Source: Balanoglossus misakiensis (Eukaryota > Animalia > Hemichordata). From it: a stretch of DNA of 64,000 nucleotides. The translations under genes were made by a program, and so were the position numbers. The notes beneath the pieces are model-generated. The model ran no database searches. It worked only from the letters and a program-made list of their open reading frames with translations, and had not been told where the DNA came from. Each line of letters opens with the position of its first letter. The stretch's first letter is position 1. The stretch spans positions 7,934,849 to 7,998,848 of the forward strand of contig CM082583.2 in assembly GCA_040954595.2 (NCBI GenBank), read 5' to 3'. This document shows positions 32,601 through 45,079 of the stretch, in pieces.

Positions 32601-35600
32601 AAGCATATTGTATACTGTCGTAATCGTCTTATTGGATTTTTTTTTCGTGATAGTCGTATACATCTTCGGAAAACGCGCTTTCGTACAATATGGCTGACCA
32701 TCTTGTGACGTTAATTTTCCAAAGACCAAACCACATGGGCATATTGCAGCGTGACTATAACATTATGCTGTCACAATCATCGCAGATTACTCAACACTCC
32801 CGTGTCTTTGTTTCTCCGCAGCCGAATTTGAACCACGTGCGGAGAAGGAAACAGCGCATCACATGTTGCTGTTTGGATGTGAGGCTCCGGGTGTGTCCGA
32901 GGAAGACACTGTCTGGTAAGATGCGTTTCCAACAAAATTGAGAACCGCACAAATGTCAAAACAGACCACACTCTTCCCCCGGCTAAACGAAAGAGTATTT
33001 CAAGTTTGAAACTCAGAGCTATTTATTATGTTTCATTACCCTCAGGAATTGCGGAGAGATGTCAGACTCCTCGGCTGCCAGTCAAGGCCCGACATGCCAA
33101 GGTGGCACCAAGATTATCTACGCATGGGCGATGGACGCACCGGAACTCAAGCTACCGGAAGGTAAAGTGACGTCAGTCCAAGAGGGCTGCTCAGTAACTT
33201 AATACCGTAACTCCGAGTCGCGAAATGGGAGTCCACGCTTTTTTCTGACTTTCAAATGAAATCGAGTCACAAAAACATGACGTTTGCATGTTGGAAAATG
33301 GTCAAAATCAAGGTGTTACTGTTTTACTGACAGAAATACGTATAACGAATGTAAAAATCGACGACTAGGATCAAAGTTGCCATGAATGAGTTCTTTAGTG
33401 ATGACCTTCTCTCGCGTTCTAGCGTTCCGTTTTCACAAGATTCATTCAAGGCGAAAACCTGCACAGTATAATGATGCCTACCGAGTGGCAGTGCTCTGGT
33501 GTTTAATCATACACTCTTTGATGAAAATTGTATAACCACCGTCTCCGCATGCAATGTCGTCGCTTCCGATGGGAAAGGAACCATGTGGGCGCCGGTCGCT
33601 ATGGCAACACACAATAGCATGAGATATCCTGCTTATTAATATTGACTTTTGATATTAATTAATATCGCGTAAAAGTCACACCACATGTCATAACGTGACC
33701 GATTGCACGTAATTGGGTGGAATCCCAGCATGCAAGCGATATACATGTACTGCCGAATATATTAACAGCGGCAGCGAAGTCAGAATTTTTTACCTGAAGT
33801 AATGATGATCGCTACAGACTTTTGATATACAACGGTGTTCTGATCAAAAAAATGTAGACGGAAACTGGGACTAGTATACCTTACCTTGTAAGGTATATTC
33901 GTCTCAAAATCCACATTGAGGCATCCGGTCGTGGCATTAGCGTTAACTCGCCAACGCAACGACGATGCCTTTATATCTGTATAGTGTTTTCGTAGACCTC
34001 AATACTAGTATTTTACATGGACGATGTTTCACCGTCTCTTGGTGTTAATGCATGATGTAACTTAGAGGACATTTTAACCGCTGGGACATCACTGAGTGCT
34101 TTACATCCCGGGTGATTTATTTGCGATAGCCACGAGCACGGTGTTGACGCTTCAGTGAATCGGGTTTGTTAAGTGCTGTAACTTGCAGAATATGACGTAG
34201 TCGTTCGGAAAATATAAAACCTGTGCTAGTGTACCTTCGCCTCTATTTGCGAATAACATGCGCATTAAAAATATGATTTATATCACTGTTCATGCTGCTA
34301 AAACAATAAAACATATTTTATATACCAGAGTGTTTACATTTCCAGGGGTCCGCTTGTGATCCGAGCGAGAACTAGCTGTCCAAACTCGCCAGGCATTTTC
34401 ACCACATTTGGCCATAAATATTTCGTATATAGTTTTGTAATGCTACGACCATTATCTACTATCATCCATAGATGTTGGATTCGCTGTCGGAGGTGATACG
34501 GGCATCAATTACCTCGTTCTGCAGGTCCACTATGGTCACGTGGACAAATTTCTGAAGGGAGACACGACAGACGACTCTGGGATGGTATTACACCTAACCA
34601 CGGAGCCGTAAGTGCTGCTAAATTTGCAGTCACGTTGCATTGCGTTTTCAAGTCGCGTGAGGCGTTTTTTTTGCGAAATACAGAAAGTAGAAAGAATACC
34701 ACAAATTTCCGTGCGCTCTGCTTTTATCGCTCGGAATGTGGATGGGTTGCGACTGAACAGCAAGTTATACAAAAGACAAAATCCGCGAAAAGTGATTGAA
34801 AAATAAACACCTGCTATTTTTCTCCCCTTGTCTGTAACTTTCATGTATTAATTCATTATTTTATTGTCGAAATTTATCTCGCCAGACTGGGCTATCAAGC
34901 TGGAGTTTATCTGATGGCAACTGACGGTGAAATGCCAGCACATGAAACAAGTAAGTTTGCTCATATTAGTAAAACACTCAAGCGACATCGTACACAGAGA
35001 AATACGCGCTACAACTTTAGTCTGTTCACGACCATTTTGCTGTTCTTGAGTATACTGGCGAGGCATGTGACGTGTAGTTCAGAATCATAGTTTTTTTTGT
35101 CTTGCTTTTCAGCTAACTTGGAAGCAGCGTGTGGCTACCGTAATGGCCCAGTCTTGCATCCGTTTGCTTTCAGAGTACATGCACACTCACTAGGTAAGTC
35201 TAAACGCCTCGGCTGACTTTTAAGTTCTTGCGCGTAGAATAAGGTAACTGATTTGTTGTAATATTAATTAAGGCAGCTGGTGGTGAAATTTCGTTGTGGT
35301 CATTCGTGTTCTGTCAGACTTTCAAGAGCCCCTTTTGATAATTTTTCAGGAAAAGTTGTAGCAGCCTATCGTTGGCGAGATGGTGAATGGACTGAGATTG
35401 GACGCAGAAGTCCACAATTACCACAGGTTTGTAAGTTGTAACAACAAACAACAATAACAATTATAATAACAACCTTGCTGTTGTTGATAAACTTAATACC
35501 GGGTCTTTCATCTTGTATGAACAAAAGTTGCAAAAATGAACAGTTAATGAAGCTTAAACTATATTGAATATCTTTGACAGATGTTCTATCCTGTTCAAGA

Positions 35601-36193
35601 CAAGAGTCTAGAAATACAACCAGGTGATGCTCTGGTGAGTGTTTTTTGGATTAAAAATCTTTGTTTTGAGTCAACTTTCGTCTTTATAAGTCAAGAGTCT
35701 CCCATCTAACTCCTCCATCTTAAGTAGTAATTGTCTTTCTCTTGTGTTAAAGCTGTCAAGATGTACGATGGAAAATACTCTGGACCATGATGTTTTTGTT
35801 GGGTAAGTTTCAGGCTTTTCCGTTGATTCATATGAGGCCAAAATCAGCGATTATCTGGTGCATTTATTTATTTTATTTTATTTTTGGGGGGAGGGGGGAG
35901 GTCGGGCCATCCTCCGATTGTTCCCTTCTTTGCTCAGAGAACAAGGGCACCACAGCTTACAAGCTTGGTGCGTGAAATTTCAATGCCGTGTTAATCATTT
36001 CAGATCGACGATGGCAGATGAAATGTGCAACTTCTACATGATGTACTACACCAAAGGTCCGATCCCTGAAGTGAGCCAGTGCTTCAGATCGTACTACAAA
36101 TGGGCAAAGGACGTGGACGTCCCGGCCGACATCGACAAACTCGCCAGCACCGTTCCCAAGGCAACAGAGGAGGACATGCCCATGGACATGTAA
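29622..36193 (+). CDS. PHM: Monofunctional peptidylglycine alpha-hydroxylating monooxygenase (PHM), secreted, about 344 aa
   Basis: 11 exons: 29622-29735, 30718-30775, 32822-32915, 33046-33161, 34472-34607, 34886-34950, 35113-35193, 35350-35426, 35581-35634, 35753-35802, 36004-36193 (1035 nt, one ORF). Signal peptide; CuH ligands AHHMLLFGC and LQVHY; IYAWAMDAP; CuM ligands FRVHAH and DEMCNFY. The stop falls soon after the catalytic core, with no PAL or TM domain. Confidence 0.93.
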
Positions 36194-38070
36194 AACACCA
36201 AGACACCGTTGACCCAAAACCTGCCCTTTCCAAAATCTTACTTTTACAGCATTGATTTCAACCTAACATATCCCTAATTTACCTATACCCTTCTTCTGCT
36301 GCAGAATTTTGGTTTTCCACTGTTTCATTTACTCCAGAAGATGCTAGTATCTCATTTCAGTTGCAACAACTGACCTATTAGTGTGAACTTTAACCTCTGA
36401 CCTATCAGCATGAACTGTAATATTTAGTAAATTTTTAGGGCTGGCTTTAAAAAGTCTTGGAATGTGATTTCCATGACTTTAAACTGAGATACTATCATTT
36501 TCTAACATTACCTTGTAGATTTTTGTAAATTCAACCAAACTACCGGTATTATATGTGTATCTTAACATCATCAGATTGTGTATATATGTGTATAGATAGG
36601 ATATAAATGGTTATCAGTATCTATAAGGTATTCCAAAGTGGAAAGTTCACAGTTTCAAACTGCTGAACACCTCTGACATTTGTCAGAGGAAAATGCACCT
36701 GGCACATAGATCAGTACTTTGATGTGGAAAATAGTAAATGGCTATTATTGTAGTCAAGCGATAGAACATCATGAGACAGGATGCCCCTAAGGAATTAATT
36801 TCCTGTTTCTGTTGACGTCTCAGTACCGTATGTGGACCGATGCAAGGTATATAGCACATCTTAGCTAGTCTAGTGCCAAGCTTTATGTTAGGGTTGGGTA
36901 CAGATTACTTTGAAAGTTAATAGCACATGCATCCATAATGAATATTAGGTTCTAATTGGGGCAAGGGAACTGCAAAAAATAGTCTACTTGTCTTCAAAGA
37001 TGGGTTCTCTTAAAATTGAAATTTTTAAAAATCTCACACTTTTGGCTTTAAAAATGTTTAACAATCTCACAATTTACAATTAAAATGGCTCCAAAACTCT
37101 GATGGAAATTTTCTGTAATTATAGCGTTTCTTGAAGAAATGACATAATGAACACAGTAATGTCAGTCACTTTTCAATATGACAACAGTCTAAATTAAGGA
37201 CATGCATTTTTTTCTCTCAAGTACTGTAGAGGTGCGTTTACCTTTAAATGTGAATGTTTTTAAAATTGCAAATTACTGCCTTTTACTCTGGTAAACTCTC
37301 TCTTAAACATATCAATAGTACTTGGCACTTCTGGACACTGTTAAACTAGAGATGTGTTTTCCAACTTTTTCCTCTTTGAGCTGGTAGCATCAGCTAGTTC
37401 TTCTGTCATGTTGTGGGAATTATGTACATGTATGCATGTATTGATAATATTTTGAATTTCCTTAACTGTACTGACCTCAACATCATTACCGCTGTTAAAC
37501 TTCGCCACTCTTGTAAAGATTAAAATTGGGCATCCCTGGAACAACTGGGAAAGATGGGAGAATATTGAAATTTATGGATTTAAACAGCTCAAAACAACAA
37601 CCCATAGAAATCCTTAACCAAACTTAATAACAAGCTTGTAGTTAGTTATCAGGCAAATATCGCGTTCTACAACACGTTTGCAGTGTGACCGACAGCCCTA
37701 CTGGGATTGTCTGACGTGAATGACACAGTTGCAGGTTAATTAATTATGAAAACCCCTGCCACAAAACTACCCTCGGTTCGCACGTCACTTTTGCTCTCCT
37801 GTCAGCCATGCTGATGAAATATGTCTCTAATCATGTTTATGTCTAAAGTGCCAACAGGAAAATTGTTTTAGCATTGCTCAATTACTAACAGGAAATAAGT
37901 TCCCTCCACGCAATCATGTTGTCTGTGGTGCATTCTGGGTATTCATTTGTTCAGTGTCAAGCCACAGCTAGAATATCCTCTGGCTTTAAACCTTACTTGT
38001 TTTCTTAGGAGATTCAGACATGTATATTTACAAAATGTTCATGAAAATTATATGATTATATTTTTCTGTC

Positions 38071-38205
38071 AATAAATGAAGTTGTGAATCTCAAATATTG
38101 CTGCAGAGTGAAATATTTGTAGGATTATGGTAGAAACCTGGGATAACATATATTCTGTAGTCTCATATCATGCAAACAAACAATACTAGTATTTTTTCTT
38201 TTATT
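38071..38205. terminator. Convergent poly(A) signals of PHM (+) and DNAAF4 (-)
   Basis: AATAAA at 38071-38076 on + and TTTATT at 38200-38205 (AATAAA on -). Confidence 0.4.
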
Positions 38206-38868
38206 ACAAAATGGACAGTTTGAAATCAGTTACACTCATAAAAATTAAATTGCCAACACACATTACACATAGAAATATAACACTGCATACAAAAGAAAAA
38301 AATATAAAATTTGTCAATTGAGTCTTTTTATCAGGAATGTCAAAGTACGCTTGATTGTGCTGATTTGCATAATCAATGTGATTTGATTTCTAAAAAAAGT
38401 AACTTACATATTTTATTACTTCAGATTTTCATTTGGGTATTTTAATTTCAGGGATCTGGTCTGTGGTACAGGTTTGAATAATGAATTACGCTAAAAAAAT
38501 CCACTTTCGACTGATTGCAGTCACGAAATGCAATCACGGGTGATGTGTGACTTTTCCATTGGAGCGGGCAAGTGACTGTGTGTGTCAGGGTATGTGTGGG
38601 TGTGTGTGGGTAGATGCAGTAGGTTAATCCCACACAAACGCAACCTGCATCACAGTTTCATGCGCGCATGATTAACGAAGCTGATCCAATGTTGAAAAAC
38701 AGACACATATAGTGTGTTCATCGGCATAACTACACATGGCGTTCTTCAAGAATTTTACCAGCATTGGTTTAAACTTCCAGACTTTTCCAGGATTATTTAT
38801 ACGCACCCTGCAGGTGGTAATTTGACCGATACCCACGGGTTCCAATGCCCCACTCAACGCCGCTCACA

Positions 38869-41800
38869 TCAGCTGGAGTCTTCAGCATCTTCTGTGCCTT
38901 GAATGATGCGTCGTATCCTTTCAGCGTCTGCCTTCAACTGTTCGTTATCGGCATCAATTTTTAACGCGGCTTCGTAATCTTGAAGACCTGCGAGAACACA
39001 AGGCACACACAGAGCGGGCTTATCTTTAGTCTCTGTGACTTCATAAAATACTTCATAAAATATGAACACTTAAGACACGACCGTGGGGAGAAACAACCAT
39101 TGTCGGGGTGACTCCAGAATTCTGAACTTTTTCCATTACTGTGCGCGTGAGATCAATGGTTTAATGATGTAGTGCTACTCACTTGGGAATGCAAAAAAAT
39201 TCTCATTGTTCATGCATGAATAAATGCATTATTGATATCAGAAAATTTACTCTGATCTGCGAGTACTGAGTGACCCATATCAGCCATACAATGTACATAC
39301 ATGTATATGCATGCATGATCTCTGAGTGAGACATCAACTATATCTACACACCTAATTAGACCCTAATGATACATGATTGATAGATTGGGTGGTGGGTGGA
39401 AGATAGTTTATGAATCACTCGACAGGTTGGTACAAAATTTAAGAATGTACAATCTTTTCTTGGGGGAATTCTTATTCATAGTCTTGAATAATTTATAGCT
39501 TGTGAAGTCAGTCCATGAGCTGGAATTCCCTTTATCAAAATTCATGAGAGAGGGGCTGGTTCAACAGGTAAATTATGGGAGGTAAGAGCAATACATTTGA
39601 ATGGCTGATAGGAGTACATGATTACCTTCCACGTAAAGTTCAAATTGACAAAACGCTGTTCCTCTTCTGATGTGCACTTTGAGGCGGGAGTTTGCATTTG
39701 CCAGGACTGGAGGCTGTAACAATTCTAATGCCTGGGTTGAGAATGAAGAGAGAAATACAGTCGGATAAAAAATATAAGCGTATCAGAAGGTTTCACGTTA
39801 CAGTCTTGATGTGTAAAGTATGTTCTCTGCCAGCAAGTTAAACACACATATACATTGTACACACACACACTTGATATAATGTAATAAATCTCGCCAAATG
39901 CTATTACCATAATGACACATTTAAGTGTCAGGTTACACATCTATGCTTAATCTATAATTTCTGGCTGGGTAATCCTTGATGTCAGCACGAAGCAATTACA
40001 CTAAAATAAGCACTGTTCTGAATAATATGTTCTTATGGCATTTCTACTGTATAGTATCACTGCACTGCGCCGGTTTAATCACCACAACTGTCTTTTACTC
40101 CAGTGTTTCTCATTTCACAGATTTTGATTTTGTGTAACAAATCTCCCATTAATATTTTTGTACTGCCATGTGTATTGTTAGTGATCTGTTTTCGTCGTCC
40201 AATTTTTTTTCAACCTTGTTCACAAGGTACAAGTATCTCTCCTGAAATATTCCATGTTAAAATAAATTACAAAGAAGTGGCTGGTGCCTAGGGTCAGGGC
40301 GCTTTGATTCCCTTCATCATAATGAGGTAGAGCTATTTCTAAACTGGTTATAAGAGTGGACAAGTGAGCCCAGCTAGCTTAACAGCGAAAAAGGAAGAAT
40401 TGATTCAGAAACAGGGAGATAAGGGGACCAAATGCACACCTATATGTTGTGGTACCTGCATGTTTGTGAATAGGGGGACTGCAGTTATATCTGTGGACAT
40501 TTGACGATGTTTTTGTTTGTGTTTCAAATGCAGTTCATACAGGGTGCTAAAATGGAAAACATAGAGTGTGCTATCTTAGGCTGCACATTCACAACTTAAC
40601 ATTCTAAAATCAAATCCTGTTTGTAAATTACAAACAAAAATAGGTGTCAAAAGGTACTAGCGGGCAGTTAATACAAACAAAATACTGAAGAGAAAAAATC
40701 ACAGTCCCTTCAAGTACTGACAAGTTCTGGCATGTAACTTACTGTAGAGCAATCTTCAATGCATTTCATCAAATTCCCAACCTGAAGATGGCAAGCTGCT
40801 CTGTTGGAGTATAAGCTGTTAGTGTCAGTAATTAAGGTGATATAAAGTTGTGAAAAAATATCCCAAATCAGGGAATAGTTGATGGAACTAAAACACAACA
40901 TTATGTTGTTCACTACTGATTTCCTTGAAGAGAGTGAAAAGACACTGATGATTTCAAAAGGATACGCTGGTAATTTTCTGTTGAGTTTAATCGCTTGGTT
41001 GTACGCATTAACAGCGGCTAAGTAGTTGCCATTCTTGTAAAATTTGCTGTTGGGCACAGAGCAGAAAACAAAATAAGACATAATAGACGAATTATTCAAT
41101 GCACACACGTCTTGGGAGCCATCGTTGAACAGTGGTGTCCTGGGGCATCAACAGTAGTGACATTTCAAGTCGTCGATTGCGAACATATTGAGATTATTCT
41201 GAATCTGATACTGTATATAATCAGGTATTAGCATCATAAAAAAGGAGAAATACGCGTTTATAATGCTGCCCGGCAGTAAATTTATGATTTTTCAAATGCT
41301 GATATAATGCATGTCTACTCCCACAGTAGCAATATTGGGTCACCTTCTGTGCTTATTATATTTCAAAAAATCTGTCAGGATTTCCACTTTTTTGGTGCAG
41401 TCTGGTGTCAGTTGAATTCTCATTTTTGAAATGATTATAATAATTTAAAAATTCTAATCTAAATAATTCTTCAATTTGAGTCAAAACGAACAAATACAAT
41501 ATCCGTTTTGATGACACACATTTCCATGACTACCATTTGGAACTGAAAATATGCGTTTTTCAAACATCTCATTAAAAGTAGCTTGGATTGCCATGGAAAT
41601 TTTGCCACAGGGGTACCATGGGTCGAAATGACCGAATATGGTGTATGTTTTATTTCTATAGCAACCATTAACACATGATTTCAATGTGAAATTGTAAGGT
41701 ATACCCATCACTGCAGGATAAGTTAGTTACACAGATAAACCTATAAAAATTTGGTTATTGTTAATCTATTGGTGACCATATGCTTTACACAGCAGCTATG

Positions 41801-44788
41801 ACATTTATATTAATTGTGCAAATTAACTTACTCTCCCTTGTCTTTCAACCAATCAGGGTTCTTCTCTTCTTCTGTCAAATCTGAATCATCATCCACCAGT
41901 CCCACTTTTCTGGCCTCTGCTTGCTTTCTCAGCCACTGATGTAAAATGTTTGCAAAGCACAAGAACATTATAAATCATTGGGATTTTAATGTGCGTTCAC
42001 CCTGACATGTTGACTCTACTTCCCTAGACACCACAGTGGTCGACTACAGTTAACATAACACACATAAAATAGCACGTATGCACATTTTAATGTGCACACG
42101 TCAATGACAAGGCTAACCAATACAAACTCTCAAGAGACAAAGCACTGCTCATCAGATTTATCTATTCACAAATTAATTGACTTTGTTAAATGGAAGGTGA
42201 AGACAAACAGGATATTAATAGCCACACACTGCTAATGCAATTATCCATATTTTGAAAATCACACAAAAATAATTGCATGGTTCCTACAGTCCATCCTGCC
42301 AACAGTCCCTTAGTTAGAGCCAGATAAATGCAAGAGTGAGTGAGTAAACAAAAATTCTGACTTACTTCCTCTTCCTGTTCTTGGTAAGATTCTCTCTGTG
42401 GTGTGGGAAACACTCTTGGAGTAAAGCTAACTTCAATGGCTCCAGTTCTCCGAGGTGCTGGCACTGGTGTGCTGTCTTTGTTGGGTGGATTTTTATCTGT
42501 TCGTTTTATGCAGAGAGATTCAGAAAGATATTACCTTGGTGAGGATAGACAGTTAGCCAAGATTCAGACCCAAGGTTTGAATGTGTTGTGGGGGAGGGGA
42601 TTTCCAGATTCACTTGCTGTTTTTAGGACTGAATATGCAAAGGAGATCTATCAACCTATATATCTCAAATGGCTGATGGTGTACTATCACACAAACACAT
42701 TTTATAGCTCTGATGTTGAGCTGGACATGAATATCACATATAAATCAAACATACACTATACAACACATACCTGATGATTGCCTTCCAGAAGTCCTTAATG
42801 TTAATTGACTCTCACTATCTTCAGTACTGCCTACTTCTACATCAAATATGTCTTTATTATTATCACCTATACAGGGCCAGTAAAACAATAACCTTCGTTA
42901 GAGTAACTTCCAAATCAAGTCAAATGACAAAATGATACACATGACAGTTTCAAATACAGATTATTTAGCCATCTTTCGATCATTTGCTGCTTTCTATACA
43001 TTTGTCATATTTGAACTCAAACCTCAATTACAAAGTAGGGAATAATTTATTCTGAAGCTACACACACAGCGCAGCATTTTTGTGACAAGTGACATATTGA
43101 GAAATTGATCCCTATTGAAATGGAAAGTTGGGAATGAAACTGTAACTTGATAGTGCTGAGATACAGATCCCCATGGAAACAGAAACTTGGAGAAGAAACT
43201 GCACATGTAACTTGATAGTGCTGAGATATGTATTCCCTTGCATTATTATATTAATCATACAATAAGACAGCAAGGCAGACCTATATTTCATTTATATTAC
43301 ATGTGGTATTTTACACCGATCTTTTGTGTCACTAAAAGAGACAGAACTAATTTTTTTGAGTAACGTCTGAATATTTTATGTTGCATGAGCTCTCACTCGC
43401 AAACTTTCATTTTTGTCATTTCTGCTATAAACCATGATCTTAGTCTGATGATTTTACTCATGTTCCATTTATCACAGTCAGTATACTAGTATACAAGTAC
43501 CTCCTCCTCCTCCATCCATATCATTTTCATCATCATCCGATACCAGTCTTTGCTCTTCCTCTTCTTGGCGTTTTTTCTCCTTCCACTCATGCAGCTCATC
43601 CATGGCCTTTTTCCTTTCCTCGTTTTTTGTTTCTTCTATTCTCTTTCTTTCTTGCTCCTCTAACTACGACAGAAACATACATAATTGATAAAACTGCTTA
43701 GTATTATTTGAAAGTTCACAGCACTTCCTAGTTTACGTCTCTGTTTATTTTCAGTACTCGTGAACATTTTAACCACATTAAGTCCACGTACATTTCACTG
43801 TTTTTAATACAGAAATGCTGTATGTCACTTGCATGACATTGACCAATTAAAAGATTTTTCATAACTGTCAATGGGGGCGCTGTTCACCACTCACCGCCAT
43901 CTGCTCTCTCAAGGCATATTTTTCGGCCTCTCTTTTCTTCGTATCTCTTTCCTCTTTCTCTTTCTCAGCTCTCTTGTGAGCAGCTTCGATCGCAGCTTCT
44001 CTCTTGCTCTTCATCACTTCCTTGTCACCTGTCGAAACACAATCATGAACCGTCAACTAACGTTCTCCAAATACACACACATAAATATAATACCTCAAAA
44101 TGATGTGTATGACCAAAACAAAATTACCTGACTGAAGTGATGACAGTCTTTTCCAGATGACGGGTTCTCTCTTGACCAAGTTGAAAACAATGGCTCCGTT
44201 GCCAACTTGTGCTGATCCTTTGCCATCATCAACTTCTGCAAATAGTGCAACTTCAAAGTGATATGGAGGAAAACTGACCTGATATGATAAAAGCAATCAG
44301 ATGATAAAATTCATGTTAGAGAGTGATGATAGATACATGTTGTAGTTTTGGGAGTGAACCCCCCTTACTTCAACTAATGGTTACATAACTGCAGAAACAG
44401 AAATGACGTGTTTCATCATGTGTTACTAGCCTGGTATTCATTGAGTTACCTTGGCGGTAACCATGGTGACATGATGCCAGTTGTGGGGCAGTAGATAGTT
44501 ACGCACCAACTTCAGCGTTTCATAGTTCTAACCAGGTACTGGAATCAATGTTGCGAAAGCAGATATGTACAACACTGATTCTAGTGTATGTGGTTCCAAC
44601 TATCCCTCCCAGTCGTGACGCCACCACCGTAGTAACAGGACCAAGCGTCCAAACCGGAAACGTACCTTTATGTACTCGTCGGTGGAGAAAATGTCTGCTT
44701 TACTGGCCTTGACACCTTTCAAAGGAACGGTTATGTGTACCGTGGTCTCCGTTTCGTCCCACGTGTAGTCTTTGATCGATATAGGCAT
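38869..44788 (-). CDS. DNAAF4: Dynein axonemal assembly factor 4 (DYX1C1): CS/p23 domain, charged coiled coil, TPRs; about 426 aa
   Basis: Exons 44788-44666, 44278-44128, 44028-43895, 43663-43501, 42866-42771, 42496-42366, 41935-41832, 41046-40966, 40815-40743, 39731-39626, 38987-38869. Motifs: [75 protein letters not shown]. The linker exons (42366-42866) are the least certain. Confidence 0.95.
40816..40965 (-). other. U12-type (minor spliceosome) GT-AG intron in DNAAF4
   Basis: 5' splice site GTATCCTTTT matches the U12 consensus. Branch-site-like CACCTTAAT lies about 15 nt before the terminal AACAG, with no polypyrimidine tract. Removing it restores the TPR sequence [13 protein letters not shown]. 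Confidence 0.88.
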
Positions 44789-45079
44789 AGTGATCAGCTT
44801 CTATAGGGGTAAAACTGTCACCGGACGGTTCGCAATAGCTCACAAGACTTGCATCACAGCCAACTATGTTGTTGTACACCATGTGAGCTGCAATATGGCT
44901 GCTGATCACGTGATATCGTCCCGCCAATCGCGTATCTGGTATCAAGTGGTTAAACCAATCACGAGTTTCGATTCATCATCGAGTCAGGACGATTTGTGCA
45001 GCAGCAGACAGAGACATAGCCCCCTTCTCAGTTGCCAAGATCGACGTTTTCCCCTACTGTTTCCTTACAAACCAACAAA
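44789..45079. promoter_or_regulatory. Bidirectional promoter shared by DNAAF4 and STOML2
   Basis: Only 291 bp between the divergent ATGs. CCAAT boxes at 44924 and 44955, CACGTG at 44907, CpG-rich. Confidence 0.75.

Noticed and set aside
33875-33897. Perfect 10-bp hairpin TATACCTTAC-CTT-GTAAGGTATA in PHM intron 4
   Set aside because: Isolated and short; no supporting ncRNA features.
41150-41780. Possible decayed transposon in a DNAAF4 intron
   Set aside because: No convincing TIR pair or TSD could be defined by eye.
42497-42560. Apparent frameshifted DNAAF4 exon start (GNIF-like) suggesting a pseudogene or assembly error
   Set aside because: An in-frame model exists using exon 42866-42771 (contains DIF) and the acceptor at 42496, so no frameshift is needed.
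43141-43228. 23-bp direct repeat TGTAACTTGATAGTGCTGAGATA, two copies with a spacer (CRISPR-like spacing)
   Set aside because: Only two copies, in a eukaryotic intron with no cas genes; a simple local duplication.
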